Assembly: GCA_021161835.1 (NCBI GenBank)
Contig: JAGGZV010000037.1
Coordinates: 21,806-85,805 of the forward strand
Direction of reading: 5' to 3'
DNA from: Thermotogota bacterium
GTDB lineage: Bacteria > Thermotogota > Thermotogae > UBA12178
Length of the DNA: 64,000 nucleotides
A program made the position numbers and the translations under genes. Shown piece by piece: positions 10,253 to 20,685 of the stretch. The first letter of the stretch is position 1. Each line of letters starts with the position of its first letter. Below the pieces are notes generated by a model. It saw nothing but the letters and a program-made list of their open reading frames with translations, ran no database searches and had not been told where the DNA came from.

Positions 10253-13200
10253 GTGAAAAAAGTGAAAGGACGATATTACGTGAGAGGTGAATGGGTAGAG
10301 TTAGAAGCCGATAGAGTAGCAGTAGAAAGGCTTCGTAGGGAACTCGGTGTAAGTGAATTGATGGCTTCTCTCCTTTTCAACCGCGGGTTAAAAACCCCTG
10401 AGGAGGCTTATATTTTTTTGCGTGCTGATTCCAACCTTCTACACGATCCTTTCCTGATGAAAGACATGAACGAAGCTGTAGACCTACTCCTGAAATTCAG
10501 AGACAGTTCGAGAATCATAACCATCTTCGGCGATTACGATGTTGATGGAATAACAGGTACAGTTGTACTCTACACCTTCCTCAAAAAGTACGGTTGGAAG
10601 GTAAATTACTACATTCCTGACAGAATGGATGAAGGCTACGGTTTGAACATGGAAGCGCTGGCCGAAATCCTTTCTTCCGGTTCCCGCGTCATAGTTACCG
10701 TAGATTGCGGAATAACATCCATCGAAGAAGTGGAATATGCCAAAAAGCATGGGGTCAATGTGATTATAACCGATCACCATGAGCCCCATGCCGTGATCCC
10801 GAAGGCTGAAGCGGTGGTTAATCCCAAGAGATTCGATGATGAATATCCCTTCAAAGATCTGGCAGGCGTGGGCGTTGCTTACAAACTCGTCAACGCTATT
10901 GGGAAAAGATTGGGAATAGACCAAACTACACTGGAGAAAGAGTATCTATCCTATGTAGCGATAGGAACCATTGCGGACATAGTACCGCTGGTCGGTGAAA
11001 ACAGATACATGGTGAAGAGAGGGCTGGAATATCTTGCGCAAACCGAAAATCTTGGTCTGAAAACTTTGATGAAATTCAGCGGGATAAATTCTCTGCTAAG
11101 TTCCGATATAGCCTTCAAGATAGCACCGAAACTCAATGCAGCAGGACGTATGCACAAAGCCACTCTGGCAATTGAACTGCTGCTCGCTAAAGACGAAGAA
11201 AAAGCGGTATTGCTTGCCCAGGAACTGTTGAAACACAACGCTCAGCGACAGGAAGTGGAGTTGACGATATATGAAGAAGCACGGAAAAAGATAGAAAGGG
11301 ACGAGAGCATCCGCAATGCCAAGGTAATAGTCGTTGAAGGTGAAAAGTGGCATCCAGGTGTAATCGGTATAGTAGCATCCAGACTGGTGAATGTCTACAA
11401 CAGACCCATTATCATGCTGTCCATAGATGGAAAAGAAGCACGAGGGTCTGCCAGAAGCGTAGAAGGAATAAACATCATGGATCTCCTCTCCAAAGCTTCT
11501 CACCTACTCGAGGAATTCGGTGGTCACTCCTACGCTGCAGGTGTATCGCTACCCGCATCGAAGATTGGCGAATTCAGAAAATGCATAAACGAAGCTTACG
11601 AAGAAAAGTATGGTGAATTCCTGTATGTCCCAAAGATAAAAATAGATGCGTGCATAGGTTTTGAAGCCCTGAAAGAGGAATTCTTGAAAGAACTGGAAGC
11701 GCTTCGACCATTCGGACACGGGAACCCCGAACCAATCTTCGCTTTTGAAAACCTACATGTTAAGTCACTGAAATTCACGAAGAACAACGAGCATGTCAAA
11801 CTGCTGCTTTCAGACAATCTGAAGGTTATGCCGGCCATCGGTTTCAACCTCGCGGATTCATTTAAGGACTATCTATGGGTGGACGATGGGATAAAAGTGG
11901 ATGTGGCAGCAAAAGTCAAACTGGAAGAACACAACGGTGTCAAACACGTGATATTGAACGTGGAAGATATAAAGTTCAAAGTTGATGAAAACTACATAGA
12001 GGATGTTAAAGACAGACGTTTCATGTTCGAGCTTTTGAAGAATCCGGGGTTGGTTCACGATGAAAGTTTCAGGCCAGATATAACGCAGATCGCCCCGAGG
12101 CTGCTCCAGGCCTTCAGCACCAGACTGGGATTCAAACTGGACGAAGACGACCTGGAAGAAACGGGACTCTTCCACGGTGATGCCAAGTCCAGGAAGGCTT
12201 TCATGGCGCTGGTCGCGATGAAAGAACTATCACGTGGTAATAAGATCGTAGTCGTTTCCGCCTCCAATTTACTATCGAGCGCAACCATGTGGGCTCTACA
12301 ACACTATCTCCCCAATGTGAAATGTGAATACGTGAACTCGTTGACACAACCCAGAGGAGCACAAATGGTGTATGTGACCATGCCAGCATTCCTGAAAAAT
12401 CATCGGTTCTTCGGAGATTACTCTCTGCTCATTCTGGATAAACCTGAGCTGCTGACGATGGTACCAAACGTAGCGGAGAAATTCATCGATCTCCTGAAAA
12501 AGAACAACTCCTGGAAAGTGAAAGCTGTTGTTGGTGATCACAACGATTTCGTGGATGAGATCATGAAAATACTCAACTGTAGAAGAAAGCTGATGTTGCA
12601 AACCAGGTACTCCATGGTCACCGGTATCGTAGACGAGCGAGACAGATTCGGTGGGGGACCTCAGATAATCGAATTCATCAGGAGACGCGAGAGAACATCC
12701 ATAGTAATGGCAAATTCCAAAAGCGTGATGAAACTTGTGGAAAAATTGAAAGTACACGTGTCCTCTCCCATTTTTCGAAACCTGAACTTCATCTTCTACC
12801 ATCACATGCTTAAACAAGGTCAGAAATTCAGGATCTTTCAACTCGTCGAAAAGGATAAGATCGATCTTCTTGTAACAACACCGAATAACGATGGACTTTC
12901 TTCGCTCAACGGCAAGGCAAACGTGATATTCTATGGCCCCCCGAAAAGCGTGTTTGAACTGGTCGACGCCGTTTCCACATGGTTCCCGGAATTTGAAACA
13001 CCGTTATTGTACCTGGCCTACTCCTCGGATGAAATCAGGAAAACCCGAAAGCAACTGGAAAAACTGTTCCCAACGACGAGCCGAATACGCGAATTGCTCG
13101 AAGAGACAAACTACCTGATACCCGAAGAAATCCTCAGGAATTCATCTGAAATGAGGATAATGGTGAAGATGCTCGACGAACTGGGAAAAATTTCAAGGAA

Positions 13201-13378
13201 AAACGGGATTTACAAGGTACACCCATTCCACCCGGAAGAGCTGGAACGTTCCACCAGGTGGTATGAGGGTATGTACGATCTCCAGCTAAACATGGAGATG
13301 ATAAAACTGCATTTCGATGGCAGTGTCCGAAAACTTCTCAACGTTATAAACCACTATGGAGGAGTGCACTCCTCTTGA
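10253..13378 (+). CDS. recJ: single-stranded-DNA-specific exonuclease RecJ with an extra C-terminal extension of about 450 aa
   Basis: DHH motifs (IFGDYDVDGITG, VTVDCGITS, ITDHH) and a DHHA1 GGHSYAAG motif in the first ~580 aa. GTG start. The remaining ~460 aa has no motif I recognise. Confidence 0.8.
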   Translation: MKKVKGRYYVRGEWVELEADRVAVERLRRELGVSELMASLLFNRGLKTPEEAYIFLRADSNLLHDPFLMKDMNEAVDLLLKFRDSSRIITIFGDYDVDGITGTVVLYTFLKKYGWKVNYYIPDRMDEGYGLNMEALAEILSSGSRVIVTVDCGITSIEEVEYAKKHGVNVIITDHHEPHAVIPKAEAVVNPKRFDDEYPFKDLAGVGVAYKLVNAIGKRLGIDQTTLEKEYLSYVAIGTIADIVPLVGENRYMVKRGLEYLAQTENLGLKTLMKFSGINSLLSSDIAFKIAPKLNAAGRMHKATLAIELLLAKDEEKAVLLAQELLKHNAQRQEVELTIYEEARKKIERDESIRNAKVIVVEGEKWHPGVIGIVASRLVNVYNRPIIMLSIDGKEARGSARSVEGINIMDLLSKASHLLEEFGGHSYAAGVSLPASKIGEFRKCINEAYEEKYGEFLYVPKIKIDACIGFEALKEEFLKELEALRPFGHGNPEPIFAFENLHVKSLKFTKNNEHVKLLLSDNLKVMPAIGFNLADSFKDYLWVDDGIKVDVAAKVKLEEHNGVKHVILNVEDIKFKVDENYIEDVKDRRFMFELLKNPGLVHDESFRPDITQIAPRLLQAFSTRLGFKLDEDDLEETGLFHGDAKSRKAFMALVAMKELSRGNKIVVVSASNLLSSATMWALQHYLPNVKCEYVNSLTQPRGAQMVYVTMPAFLKNHRFFGDYSLLILDKPELLTMVPNVAEKFIDLLKKNNSWKVKAVVGDHNDFVDEIMKILNCRRKLMLQTRYSMVTGIVDERDRFGGGPQIIEFIRRRERTSIVMANSKSVMKLVEKLKVHVSSPIFRNLNFIFYHHMLKQGQKFRIFQLVEKDKIDLLVTTPNNDGLSSLNGKANVIFYGPPKSVFELVDAVSTWFPEFETPLLYLAYSSDEIRKTRKQLEKLFPTTSRIRELLEETNYLIPEEILRNSSEMRIMVKMLDELGKISRKNGIYKVHPFHPEELERSTRWYEGMYDLQLNMEMIKLHFDGSVRKLLNVINHYGGVHSS

Positions 13379-14103
13379 GAAAGCTTCTGGTACTCGACGT
13401 GGGGGAAAAAAGAACAGGATATGCAATAGGTTATCATCACATATCCGTTCCCCAAGAAACAGGGGTTATCACAAACACAGAACGAATATCGGAGCTCGTA
13501 AAAGAATGCGATATTGTGGTTGTTGGTCTTCCAATAAGTTTGGGCGGTAGATTCGGTGATGCAGTTGTTAGAACGCTTGAATGGGTTTCAAAGCATCTCA
13601 GTATGTACGAAAACGTAGAAATATACCTTGTGGATGAACGTCTCACCTCATCCCAGAGTGAGAAGATACTCCTGGAAAGCGGGATGAAAAGAAAGAGACG
13701 CCGGGTGGTTTCCAATGCTGTCAGCGCTTTCCTTCTGTACGATGTATTTGTTCGCGGATCGCCACGAAGGTGGAAATTCAAACGGAACTTCGAACTCGAC
13801 GAGGTTCAACTGGATACCCTTAAACCAGAGTGGAGTAAAATACTCATCTGGAATGTCCCCATCGTGTTGAAAAACGTTCCGGAGGAAAGATGCATATATT
13901 TTACCGACGATCCACAGATCGCCTGGAAATTAAGAAAGACCGGATACTCCGTTTACAACCTTGTGGAAGACATCAGAAAAATTGAACCCTTCGATGTGAT
14001 GATCGTCGAAGAAAACCGGGATATTTTTCCTTCTATGAAGGTCGAGGAGGTATATACACTTCATGGAGGAAGTCATAAAGATAAAAGGAGCAAGGGTTCA
14101 TAA
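13375..14103 (+). CDS. ruvX: Holliday-junction resolvase-like RuvX/YqgF with a C-terminal extension of about 110 aa
   Basis: N-terminus [16 protein letters not shown] matches the YqgF/RuvX motif. TTG start overlaps the recJ stop (TTGA). At 242 aa it is about 100 aa longer than typical RuvX, and the last 41 nt overlap uvrA. Confidence 0.65.
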   Translation: MRKLLVLDVGEKRTGYAIGYHHISVPQETGVITNTERISELVKECDIVVVGLPISLGGRFGDAVVRTLEWVSKHLSMYENVEIYLVDERLTSSQSEKILLESGMKRKRRRVVSNAVSAFLLYDVFVRGSPRRWKFKRNFELDEVQLDTLKPEWSKILIWNVPIVLKNVPEERCIYFTDDPQIAWKLRKTGYSVYNLVEDIRKIEPFDVMIVEENRDIFPSMKVEEVYTLHGGSHKDKRSKGS

Positions 14104-16891
14104 TCTCAAGAACATAGATGTTACCATACCGAAATACAAGTTCGTGGTCATAACGGGCGTATCCGGCTCCGGTAAATCTTCTCTCGCTCTGGACACCATA
14201 TATGCGGAAGGACAACGCAAATATCTTGAATCGTTGTCCTCGTATGCGAGACAGTTTCTGGGTGAGTTGAAGAAACCCGATGTAGACTCCATAGAAGGAC
14301 TATCACCTGCCATTGCAATCGAACAGAAAACGGTTTCTCACAATCCTCGCTCGACCGTGGGAACGGTCACAGAGATCCACGATTATTTACGCGTATTGTA
14401 CGCGAAAATAGGAATACCCCACTGTCCTAAATGTGGCCGGGAACTCACAAGGTCCTCTCCACAGGAAATGGCAGACATCATAATGAAGAACTGGCCTGAT
14501 GCGCGTGTTATGATACTTGCGCCCATTGCACAGGAAAAAAAAGGAGAATTCAAAGACGTCTTCGATGCTCTATTGCGAAGAGGATTCATACGTGTCGAAG
14601 TGGATGGAGAGATACTCCGATTGGATGAACAGATAAAGCTCGATAAGAATAAAAGACATACCATAAGAATAGTCATAGACAGATTACGCACGAAACGTGA
14701 GAATTATTCCAGACTTTTCGAATCGCTGGAGGTGGGGCTCAGAGAAGGAGACGGAATAGTACACGTTGAAAATGTCGACACCAATGAAAAGAAAATATTC
14801 AGCGAACATCTCGCCTGTCCCGTATGTGGCATTGGTTTTCCCGAAATAACTCCAAAACTTTTCTCCTTCAACAGCCCCTACGGAGCATGTCCGGCATGTC
14901 ACGGTCTGGGGTTCAAACAGGAAGTGGATCCTAAAAGGGTCGTGGATGAAGAGCTTTCCATACTCGATGGAGCCCTTCCCGACCTTGGTAGTTACATGTT
15001 CGCAACCATTCTGAATCTGGTAAGAAACCTTGGTGGAAACCCATCGATACCTTTCAAACAACTGCCTCAACACATAAAGGATGCGATACTCTACGGAACC
15101 ACCAGACGTTTGAAATACAACTATGTTGCGGAGAACTCCCGATACACCGTGTACAAGGAATTTGAGGGGATAATACCTTACCTGAAAAGGCGACATGCCG
15201 AGACCTCGTCGGAAGATATAAGAGAGTGGATAGAGCGCGAATTCATGGTGAATCTTCCCTGCGAACGTTGCGGTGGAAAGCGTCTTCGCGAAGAGGCACT
15301 TGCCGTGAAAATTGGTGGCGTGGATATCATAGAGCTATCGGACATGCCGGTTAAAAAAATCGTACCTTTTCTGAAAAACCTGGATTTACCGCCGAAACAG
15401 CGCGAGATAGTGGGAGATCTCCTCAACGAAATAATCAGGCGTCTGGAATTTCTCATGGATGTTGGTCTGGATTATATAACACTATCGAGAGCAGCCAACA
15501 CACTTTCAGGTGGTGAAGCACAGAGAATACGTCTGGCCACACAGATAGGCTCAGGGCTCACCAACGTTATATATGTGCTTGACGAACCCACCATAGGTTT
15601 ACACGAGCGGGATAACTGGCGTTTGATAAAAACCCTAGAAAAACTGAGGGATCTCGGGAACACCATAATAGTGGTGGAACATGATGAATACATCATAAAG
15701 AGTTCCGATCACATCATAGATCTTGGACCAGGAGCCGGTGTACACGGTGGCAGGGTTGTATTCACCGGTCCTCCGGAACAGCTGATGAAAGAACCGGGTA
15801 GATCTCTCACAGGCCAGTATCTTTCGGGTGAGAAGATGATACCTGTACCCGAGCGTAGACGCCCTGGAAACGGCAAGGAGATAGTGATAAAAGGGGTTAG
15901 ACAGAACAACCTGAAATCCATAGACGTTCGTTTTCCGTTGGGTACCTTCATATGCGTTACGGGGGTATCCGGATCGGGCAAATCTTCCCTGGTGGTAGAC
16001 ACTCTTTACCCAGCCTTGCGCAACAGAGTACACAGAACGCGCATGCCCGAGGGCGAGTATGACGATATAGAAGGCGTGGAAAACATAGACAAAGTGGTGA
16101 TGATCGATCAATCCCCCATAGGTCGAACCCCACGAAGCAATCCTGCAACTTATACTGGTGTGTTCGACCACATAAGAGAAATTTTCGCGATGACACCTGA
16201 AGCCAGGGCACGTGGTTACAAGAAAGGCCGGTTCAGTTTTAACGTGAAAGGCGGGAGATGTGAGGCATGTCAGGGCCACGGTGTGGTCAAGATAGAGATG
16301 CAACTGTTGCCTCCTGTTTACGTGGAGTGTGAGGTGTGCAAAGGAAAACGTTACAATTCCCAGACTCTGGAGGTTACCTACAAAGGGAAGAACATAGCAG
16401 ATGTGCTCAACATGACCGTTGATGAAGCCCTTGAATTTTTCGAAAACATTCCCATAATAAAAAGAATTTTGCAGGTTCTCAAAGATGTGGGATTGGGTTA
16501 CATCAAGCTGGGGCAACCCGCCACCACTCTATCCGGAGGAGAAGCCCAGAGGATAAAACTTGCCGCCGAATTGAAGCGGAGAGCAACGGGTCAAACGTTT
16601 TACATCATGGATGAACCCACTACCGGTTTGCATTTTGATGATGTGAACAAGCTGGTGGCGGTCATTCATAGACTCGTTGACATGGGTAACACAGTGGTGG
16701 TCATAGAACACAACATGGATGTGATCAAGAATGCCGATTATATCATAGATCTGGGACCAGAGGGAGGAGAAGACGGGGGTCGTATAGTGGCCACAGGTAC
16801 CCCCGAGGAAATAGCGCAAAACGAATTGTCGTACACCGGACGATTTCTTAGAAAACATCTGAAAGCTCGCCAAACCGTTCAATCACTGTGA
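14063..16891 (+). CDS. uvrA: excinuclease ABC subunit A
   Basis: Two ABC ATPase modules ([11 protein letters not shown] twice), zinc-finger Cys pairs, canonical N-terminus [20 protein letters not shown]. Confidence 0.95.
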   Translation: MEEVIKIKGARVHNLKNIDVTIPKYKFVVITGVSGSGKSSLALDTIYAEGQRKYLESLSSYARQFLGELKKPDVDSIEGLSPAIAIEQKTVSHNPRSTVGTVTEIHDYLRVLYAKIGIPHCPKCGRELTRSSPQEMADIIMKNWPDARVMILAPIAQEKKGEFKDVFDALLRRGFIRVEVDGEILRLDEQIKLDKNKRHTIRIVIDRLRTKRENYSRLFESLEVGLREGDGIVHVENVDTNEKKIFSEHLACPVCGIGFPEITPKLFSFNSPYGACPACHGLGFKQEVDPKRVVDEELSILDGALPDLGSYMFATILNLVRNLGGNPSIPFKQLPQHIKDAILYGTTRRLKYNYVAENSRYTVYKEFEGIIPYLKRRHAETSSEDIREWIEREFMVNLPCERCGGKRLREEALAVKIGGVDIIELSDMPVKKIVPFLKNLDLPPKQREIVGDLLNEIIRRLEFLMDVGLDYITLSRAANTLSGGEAQRIRLATQIGSGLTNVIYVLDEPTIGLHERDNWRLIKTLEKLRDLGNTIIVVEHDEYIIKSSDHIIDLGPGAGVHGGRVVFTGPPEQLMKEPGRSLTGQYLSGEKMIPVPERRRPGNGKEIVIKGVRQNNLKSIDVRFPLGTFICVTGVSGSGKSSLVVDTLYPALRNRVHRTRMPEGEYDDIEGVENIDKVVMIDQSPIGRTPRSNPATYTGVFDHIREIFAMTPEARARGYKKGRFSFNVKGGRCEACQGHGVVKIEMQLLPPVYVECEVCKGKRYNSQTLEVTYKGKNIADVLNMTVDEALEFFENIPIIKRILQVLKDVGLGYIKLGQPATTLSGGEAQRIKLAAELKRRATGQTFYIMDEPTTGLHFDDVNKLVAVIHRLVDMGNTVVVIEHNMDVIKNADYIIDLGPEGGEDGGRIVATGTPEEIAQNELSYTGRFLRKHLKARQTVQSL

Positions 16892-17337
16892 ATCACAAGA
16901 TAAATTTTCAGATCCTTACCAGCCACTTTCGATGGGAGACAGAGTATGACCCCTTCACAATGAACGTTTATGTTGTTACCGGTGATAACCGATGGAGGAG
17001 CGATGGTTATCTTCTTGCCTATCTTCTCCAGATTCATCGCCAGGGATCCCCCAACCATGTTACCCAGCTCCCCCACCGCACTCAGTGCCAGTGCATCCAG
17101 CTGATTGTAAGGCATACCCATCATCTTCGATACGATCAACAGGCCCGTATCATCGTCGATACTGTACACCAGATTGCCTTTTATGTCACCTGTGAACCCT
17201 ATCACCGTGTATACACTGTGCTCCCTATCAAGGTCGTTCACTATAGAGGGTTTCCCCACTGAAACCTCCAAACTGGCCGCTTTTTTGAAAGTTTCAACGA
17301 CGCTCTTCAATAAGGCGTTCACCACTCTTGCATCCAT
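16879..17337 (-). CDS. cheX: chemotaxis CheY-P phosphatase, CheC/CheX family
   Basis: 152 aa; N-terminus [13 protein letters not shown] and the [14 protein letters not shown] motif match Thermotoga CheX as I recall it. Its 3' end overlaps the uvrA 3' end by 13 nt (convergent). Confidence 0.7.
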   Translation of the reverse strand: MDARVVNALLKSVVETFKKAASLEVSVGKPSIVNDLDREHSVYTVIGFTGDIKGNLVYSIDDDTGLLIVSKMMGMPYNQLDALALSAVGELGNMVGGSLAMNLEKIGKKITIAPPSVITGNNINVHCEGVILCLPSKVAGKDLKIYLVIHSD

Positions 17338-17497
17338 GAATTTTACCTCCCTGTTACGTTGTGAGCTTCATCCTAGTATATCACAAGAAATCTATACAGT
17401 GTAAAACTACTTCGAGGTATTCATGAAAAAGGTGAAACGATAAGAAAAACAGCATTTCATCACATTTTTCGCTTCTCGACAAGAAACCGAGGATACA

Positions 17498-17523
17498 CAT
17501 GTTAAAATTCATCATGTTAAAAT
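17498..17523 (+). promoter_or_regulatory. tandem direct repeat catgttaaaat (x2, 15-nt register) upstream of the PiT phosphate transporter gene
   Basis: Exact 11-nt repeat at 17498..17508 and 17513..17523, 38 nt upstream of the pit start. This is a candidate regulator operator. Confidence 0.3.
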
Positions 17524-17560
17524 AGAGATTACAGCTGCCAGAGTCCTGGAGGGATCGAAA

Positions 17561-18484
17561 TTGGAAATCATACTTTATTTTCCAGGTATATTCATGGGGT
17601 GGGCGCTGGGCGCGAATGACGCAGCCAACGTTTTCGGTACAGCGGTTGCCAATTCCATGGTGCGCTTCAGAACGGCGGCCATACTCTCTTCCATCTTCAT
17701 AACCATCGGAGCCATTCTGGAAGGTTACAGAGGAATAGAAACTATCTCCTCTATATCCTCTCAGTCCCTTGTGAGTGCCTCCATTTCCATGCTGGCCGCC
17801 GCTATATCCGTAACACTCATGACGAGATTGGGGATCCCTGTATCCACGTCACAGGCGGTTGTGGGTTCCATAATAGGTATAGGATTACTCAGGAACGATG
17901 TGAACTGGGGAATCCTCCTCAAAGTTTTCATATGCTGGATAGCTACGCCCATAGCAGCCATTGGGATAGGATTCCTTGCTTACAGAGTGGGATCACATTT
18001 CTTCAGAAAAATAAAATCCATTCAGAAACAGGACATGGTTCTTAAGGTTGGCGCCATACTATTTGGTATATACGGAAGTTATGCGCTTGGAGCCAACAAC
18101 GTGGCAAACGTCTCGGGTGTCTTCGGTGACATACTGGGTCCTCGTATGGCGGCACTGGTAGGCGGGCTCAGCATATCCCTGGGTGTTGCCACTTACAGCA
18201 AGCGTGTCATGATGACCGTTGGAAAGAAGATAATAGAACTCGATAACTTTTCCGCCGTGGTAGCGGTGTTTTCAGAATCCCTCGTCGTGTGGTTGTTTGC
18301 TCTCGTGGGTGTCCCCGTCTCCACTTCGCAAGCTATAGTTGGAGGAGTGGTGGGAGCTGGGATGGCAAGAGGAACAGCGATGGTTAACAGACGCGAAGTG
18401 AGCAGAATAGTATTTGGATGGCTCGGTACACCTGCCATATCATGCCTGGTTGCTGTACCGCTGTACCTGATACTGGTAAGGTGA
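17561..18484 (+). CDS. pit: inorganic phosphate transporter, PiT family
   Basis: GANDAANVFGTAVA and GANNVANVSGVFG (the two PiT GANDVAN signature repeats), polytopic. Confidence 0.8.
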   Translation: MEIILYFPGIFMGWALGANDAANVFGTAVANSMVRFRTAAILSSIFITIGAILEGYRGIETISSISSQSLVSASISMLAAAISVTLMTRLGIPVSTSQAVVGSIIGIGLLRNDVNWGILLKVFICWIATPIAAIGIGFLAYRVGSHFFRKIKSIQKQDMVLKVGAILFGIYGSYALGANNVANVSGVFGDILGPRMAALVGGLSISLGVATYSKRVMMTVGKKIIELDNFSAVVAVFSESLVVWLFALVGVPVSTSQAIVGGVVGAGMARGTAMVNRREVSRIVFGWLGTPAISCLVAVPLYLILVR

Positions 18485-19141
18485 GTGAAGATGCTGATAT
18501 TGGGTTTCGACACGTCCACCTCCTTCATGGTTGCCGCCGCAGGAAATACTGAAAAATTTGCAGAGATTACCGTTCGCCCACAGAAACGGCATGATGAATT
18601 GTTGCTGGCAACACTTGAACACCTCCTTCAATGTATGGGAAAGAGTTTCGATGCTATAGAATACATCGCCGTGGGAGTTGGACCAGGCAGTTTTACAGGC
18701 ATCAGGGTAGCCATGGCAACAGCCATGGGGATCATGGAAGCCTTGCATGTACCAGCGATAACGTTCAACACCTTCGAACTCCTCATATCTCATCTTCAGG
18801 AGAAAACTGGTGTTGTGGCCATACCTGCAAGACGTGGTTACGTTTACATTAGCAACTATGTGCGGGGCAAACAACAGGGAAAACCGGAGTTTTTGGAGGT
18901 TGAAAAACTGGCTTTACGTTTGAGTGAAGGAATGTACAATGATAAAACTCTTATGGGTATGGGATGGTATCAGCTGGAAAATCCTCCATTGAATGTTCTG
19001 AACGTGATACCCAGAGGTTATAAAATTATAGAACTCGCCACAGAAAAGATAAAGAGAGGTGAAAAGATTGACGAGCCTTCAGGATTGACGCCTCTCTATC
19101 TGGAACGGCCCATTGCGGAAATCAGATCTGCATCCTCATGA
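18485..19141 (+). CDS. tsaB: tRNA threonylcarbamoyladenosine biosynthesis protein TsaB (YeaZ)
   Basis: N-terminus [18 protein letters not shown]-fold; start directly abuts the pit stop. Confidence 0.75.
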   Translation: MKMLILGFDTSTSFMVAAAGNTEKFAEITVRPQKRHDELLLATLEHLLQCMGKSFDAIEYIAVGVGPGSFTGIRVAMATAMGIMEALHVPAITFNTFELLISHLQEKTGVVAIPARRGYVYISNYVRGKQQGKPEFLEVEKLALRLSEGMYNDKTLMGMGWYQLENPPLNVLNVIPRGYKIIELATEKIKRGEKIDEPSGLTPLYLERPIAEIRSASS

Positions 19142-19415
19142 TATCTCTGTAGGCTTCAACTATCCTGTTTCTCACTTCCGCGGTCAACCGCAACATCATG
19201 GTGGCCTTCTCGGCTTTCAGTATGACCTCATGAATACTACTTATCTTACCCGCCGCAAAATCTATAGCTGCCTTCTGGGCTTCCTTCTGTGATTCGTTCA
19301 CCTTATCTATTGCCTCCACAAGCAATTCTTTAAAGCCTTTTCCTTCCTTCCCCCTTTCGATCTTCGTGATCTTACTAACACCTTCATTACCAATGGGTTG
19401 AATGCGTTCTATCAT
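19122..19415 (-). CDS. fliE: flagellar hook-basal body complex protein FliE
   Basis: 97 aa. [23 protein letters not shown]...[16 protein letters not shown] is typical of FliE. Convergent 20-nt overlap with the tsaB 3' end. Confidence 0.8.
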   Translation of the reverse strand: MIERIQPIGNEGVSKITKIERGKEGKGFKELLVEAIDKVNESQKEAQKAAIDFAAGKISSIHEVILKAEKATMMLRLTAEVRNRIVEAYRDIMRMQI

Positions 19416-19418
19416 TCA

Positions 19419-19841
19419 TCAACCCCTCCTTCCTATGTCGAGAGCGGCATTCACCATGGATTTTGTGGCGTTTATGGCTGCGACATTGGCTTCATATGCT
19501 CTCTGAGCGCTTATCAAATCTACCATCTCCCTCAATACGTTTACATTTGGCATACGTACATAACCGTTCTGGTCGGCGTCGGGATGGCTGGGATCATACA
19601 CCAATCTGAACGGTGAAGGATCTTCCTCGATCCGCACCACCTTCACGCCCCTGAGTTTGTAACCCGCTCTGGCCATTTCAAGATACTCGGCGAATATGGG
19701 TATTTTCCTGCGATATGGCTCTCCACGGGGAGTACGGGTAGTTTCGGCATTGGCGATGTTGTCGGCGATGACATCTATTCGCAACCGTTGAGCTGTCAAC
19801 CCTGTCGCACTTATAGACATTATATCAAATTCAGATATCAT
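19419..19841 (-). CDS. flgC: flagellar basal-body rod protein FlgC
   Basis: SISATGLTAQRLRIDVIADNIANAETTRTP N-terminal rod motif, C-terminal AYEANVAAINATKSM. Confidence 0.9.
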   Translation of the reverse strand: MISEFDIMSISATGLTAQRLRIDVIADNIANAETTRTPRGEPYRRKIPIFAEYLEMARAGYKLRGVKVVRIEEDPSPFRLVYDPSHPDADQNGYVRMPNVNVLREMVDLISAQRAYEANVAAINATKSMVNAALDIGRRG

Positions 19842-19842
19842 C

Positions 19843-20244
19843 TCATCTTAACCCCCTAAGAACCACATTGTACCTCTCTATTTTTCTCGACAGGAGAGAT
19901 GAAAGTACTTGATATCTTATGGTATTCTTTGCCAGCGCCACCATTTCCCTGTCGACGTCCACATTATTACCATCGTTTCTAAAGGTGGTTGTTCTATCCA
20001 CCTTCACCTCGGACCTCACGATCTCATAATTCGGGAGATGGCGTGGATCGGTACGTTTCAATCTGATTTTCCGTGGATAAATCGCTTCCTGCAGATATCT
20101 CTCAAATTCAACATAACGTCTTTTATAACCTGGCGTCTCCACGTTGGCCAGATTGTGGGATATCAGCTTGTGTCTTAGCATCGTAACATCCAGACAGGTT
20201 TCCAGAATGCGAAAGTCCAGTTCGAACAATCCTGCCACCTCCAC
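19843..20244 (-). CDS. flgB: flagellar basal-body rod protein FlgB
   Basis: HNLANVETPGYKRR motif; precedes flgC by 1 nt. Confidence 0.85.
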   Translation of the reverse strand: MEVAGLFELDFRILETCLDVTMLRHKLISHNLANVETPGYKRRYVEFERYLQEAIYPRKIRLKRTDPRHLPNYEIVRSEVKVDRTTTFRNDGNNVDVDREMVALAKNTIRYQVLSSLLSRKIERYNVVLRGLR

Positions 20245-20283
20245 TACTGTATTTCTACACCGGATTCATTTACTCCTAAAGTA

Positions 20284-20685
20284 TCATGTGTTCAAATCCT
20301 TCGTCCCGAATCCCATGGGTAACAGAGCCTCAACGCTGGTTCTTATCACCTGGGTACCATCGCAGATCAGATAAACTTCGAAATTCCCAAATTCCGCCAT
20401 GAATTGACGACACGCTCCACATGGGGACACCGGTTTTTCTCCTTCACAATATATCACCATGACTTCAAATTTTCTTTCCCCTGCGGCAACCGCCGTTGAA
20501 ATTGCAACCCTTTCGGCGCATATGGTCAATCCATAAGATGCATTTTCAACGTTCGTACCAACGTAAATCTTCCCGGAACTGGTGAGAAGGGCTGCACCAA
20601 CCCTGAAACGTGAATAAGGGCTATACGAGTTCCTAGCCACTTCACGCGCTCGATGGTAGAGCTCTTTCAAATTCACCTCACTCAC
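20284..20685 (-). CDS. cdd: cytidine deaminase
   Basis: CAERVAI ... PCGACRQ zinc-binding CDA motifs, 133 aa. Confidence 0.85.
   Translation of the reverse strand: MSEVNLKELYHRAREVARNSYSPYSRFRVGAALLTSSGKIYVGTNVENASYGLTICAERVAISTAVAAGERKFEVMVIYCEGEKPVSPCGACRQFMAEFGNFEVYLICDGTQVIRTSVEALLPMGFGTKDLNT

Noticed and set aside
10484-12841. Multiple minus-strand ORFs inside recJ (10484..10924, 11096..11503, 12296..12841 and others)
   Set aside because: Antisense to a continuous 1041-codon ORF with clear DHH motifs. No independent support.
14383-16882. Minus-strand ORFs inside uvrA (for example 15635..16516, 293 aa)
   Set aside because: uvrA is unambiguous on the plus strand, and the antisense ORFs are composition artefacts of a long gene.
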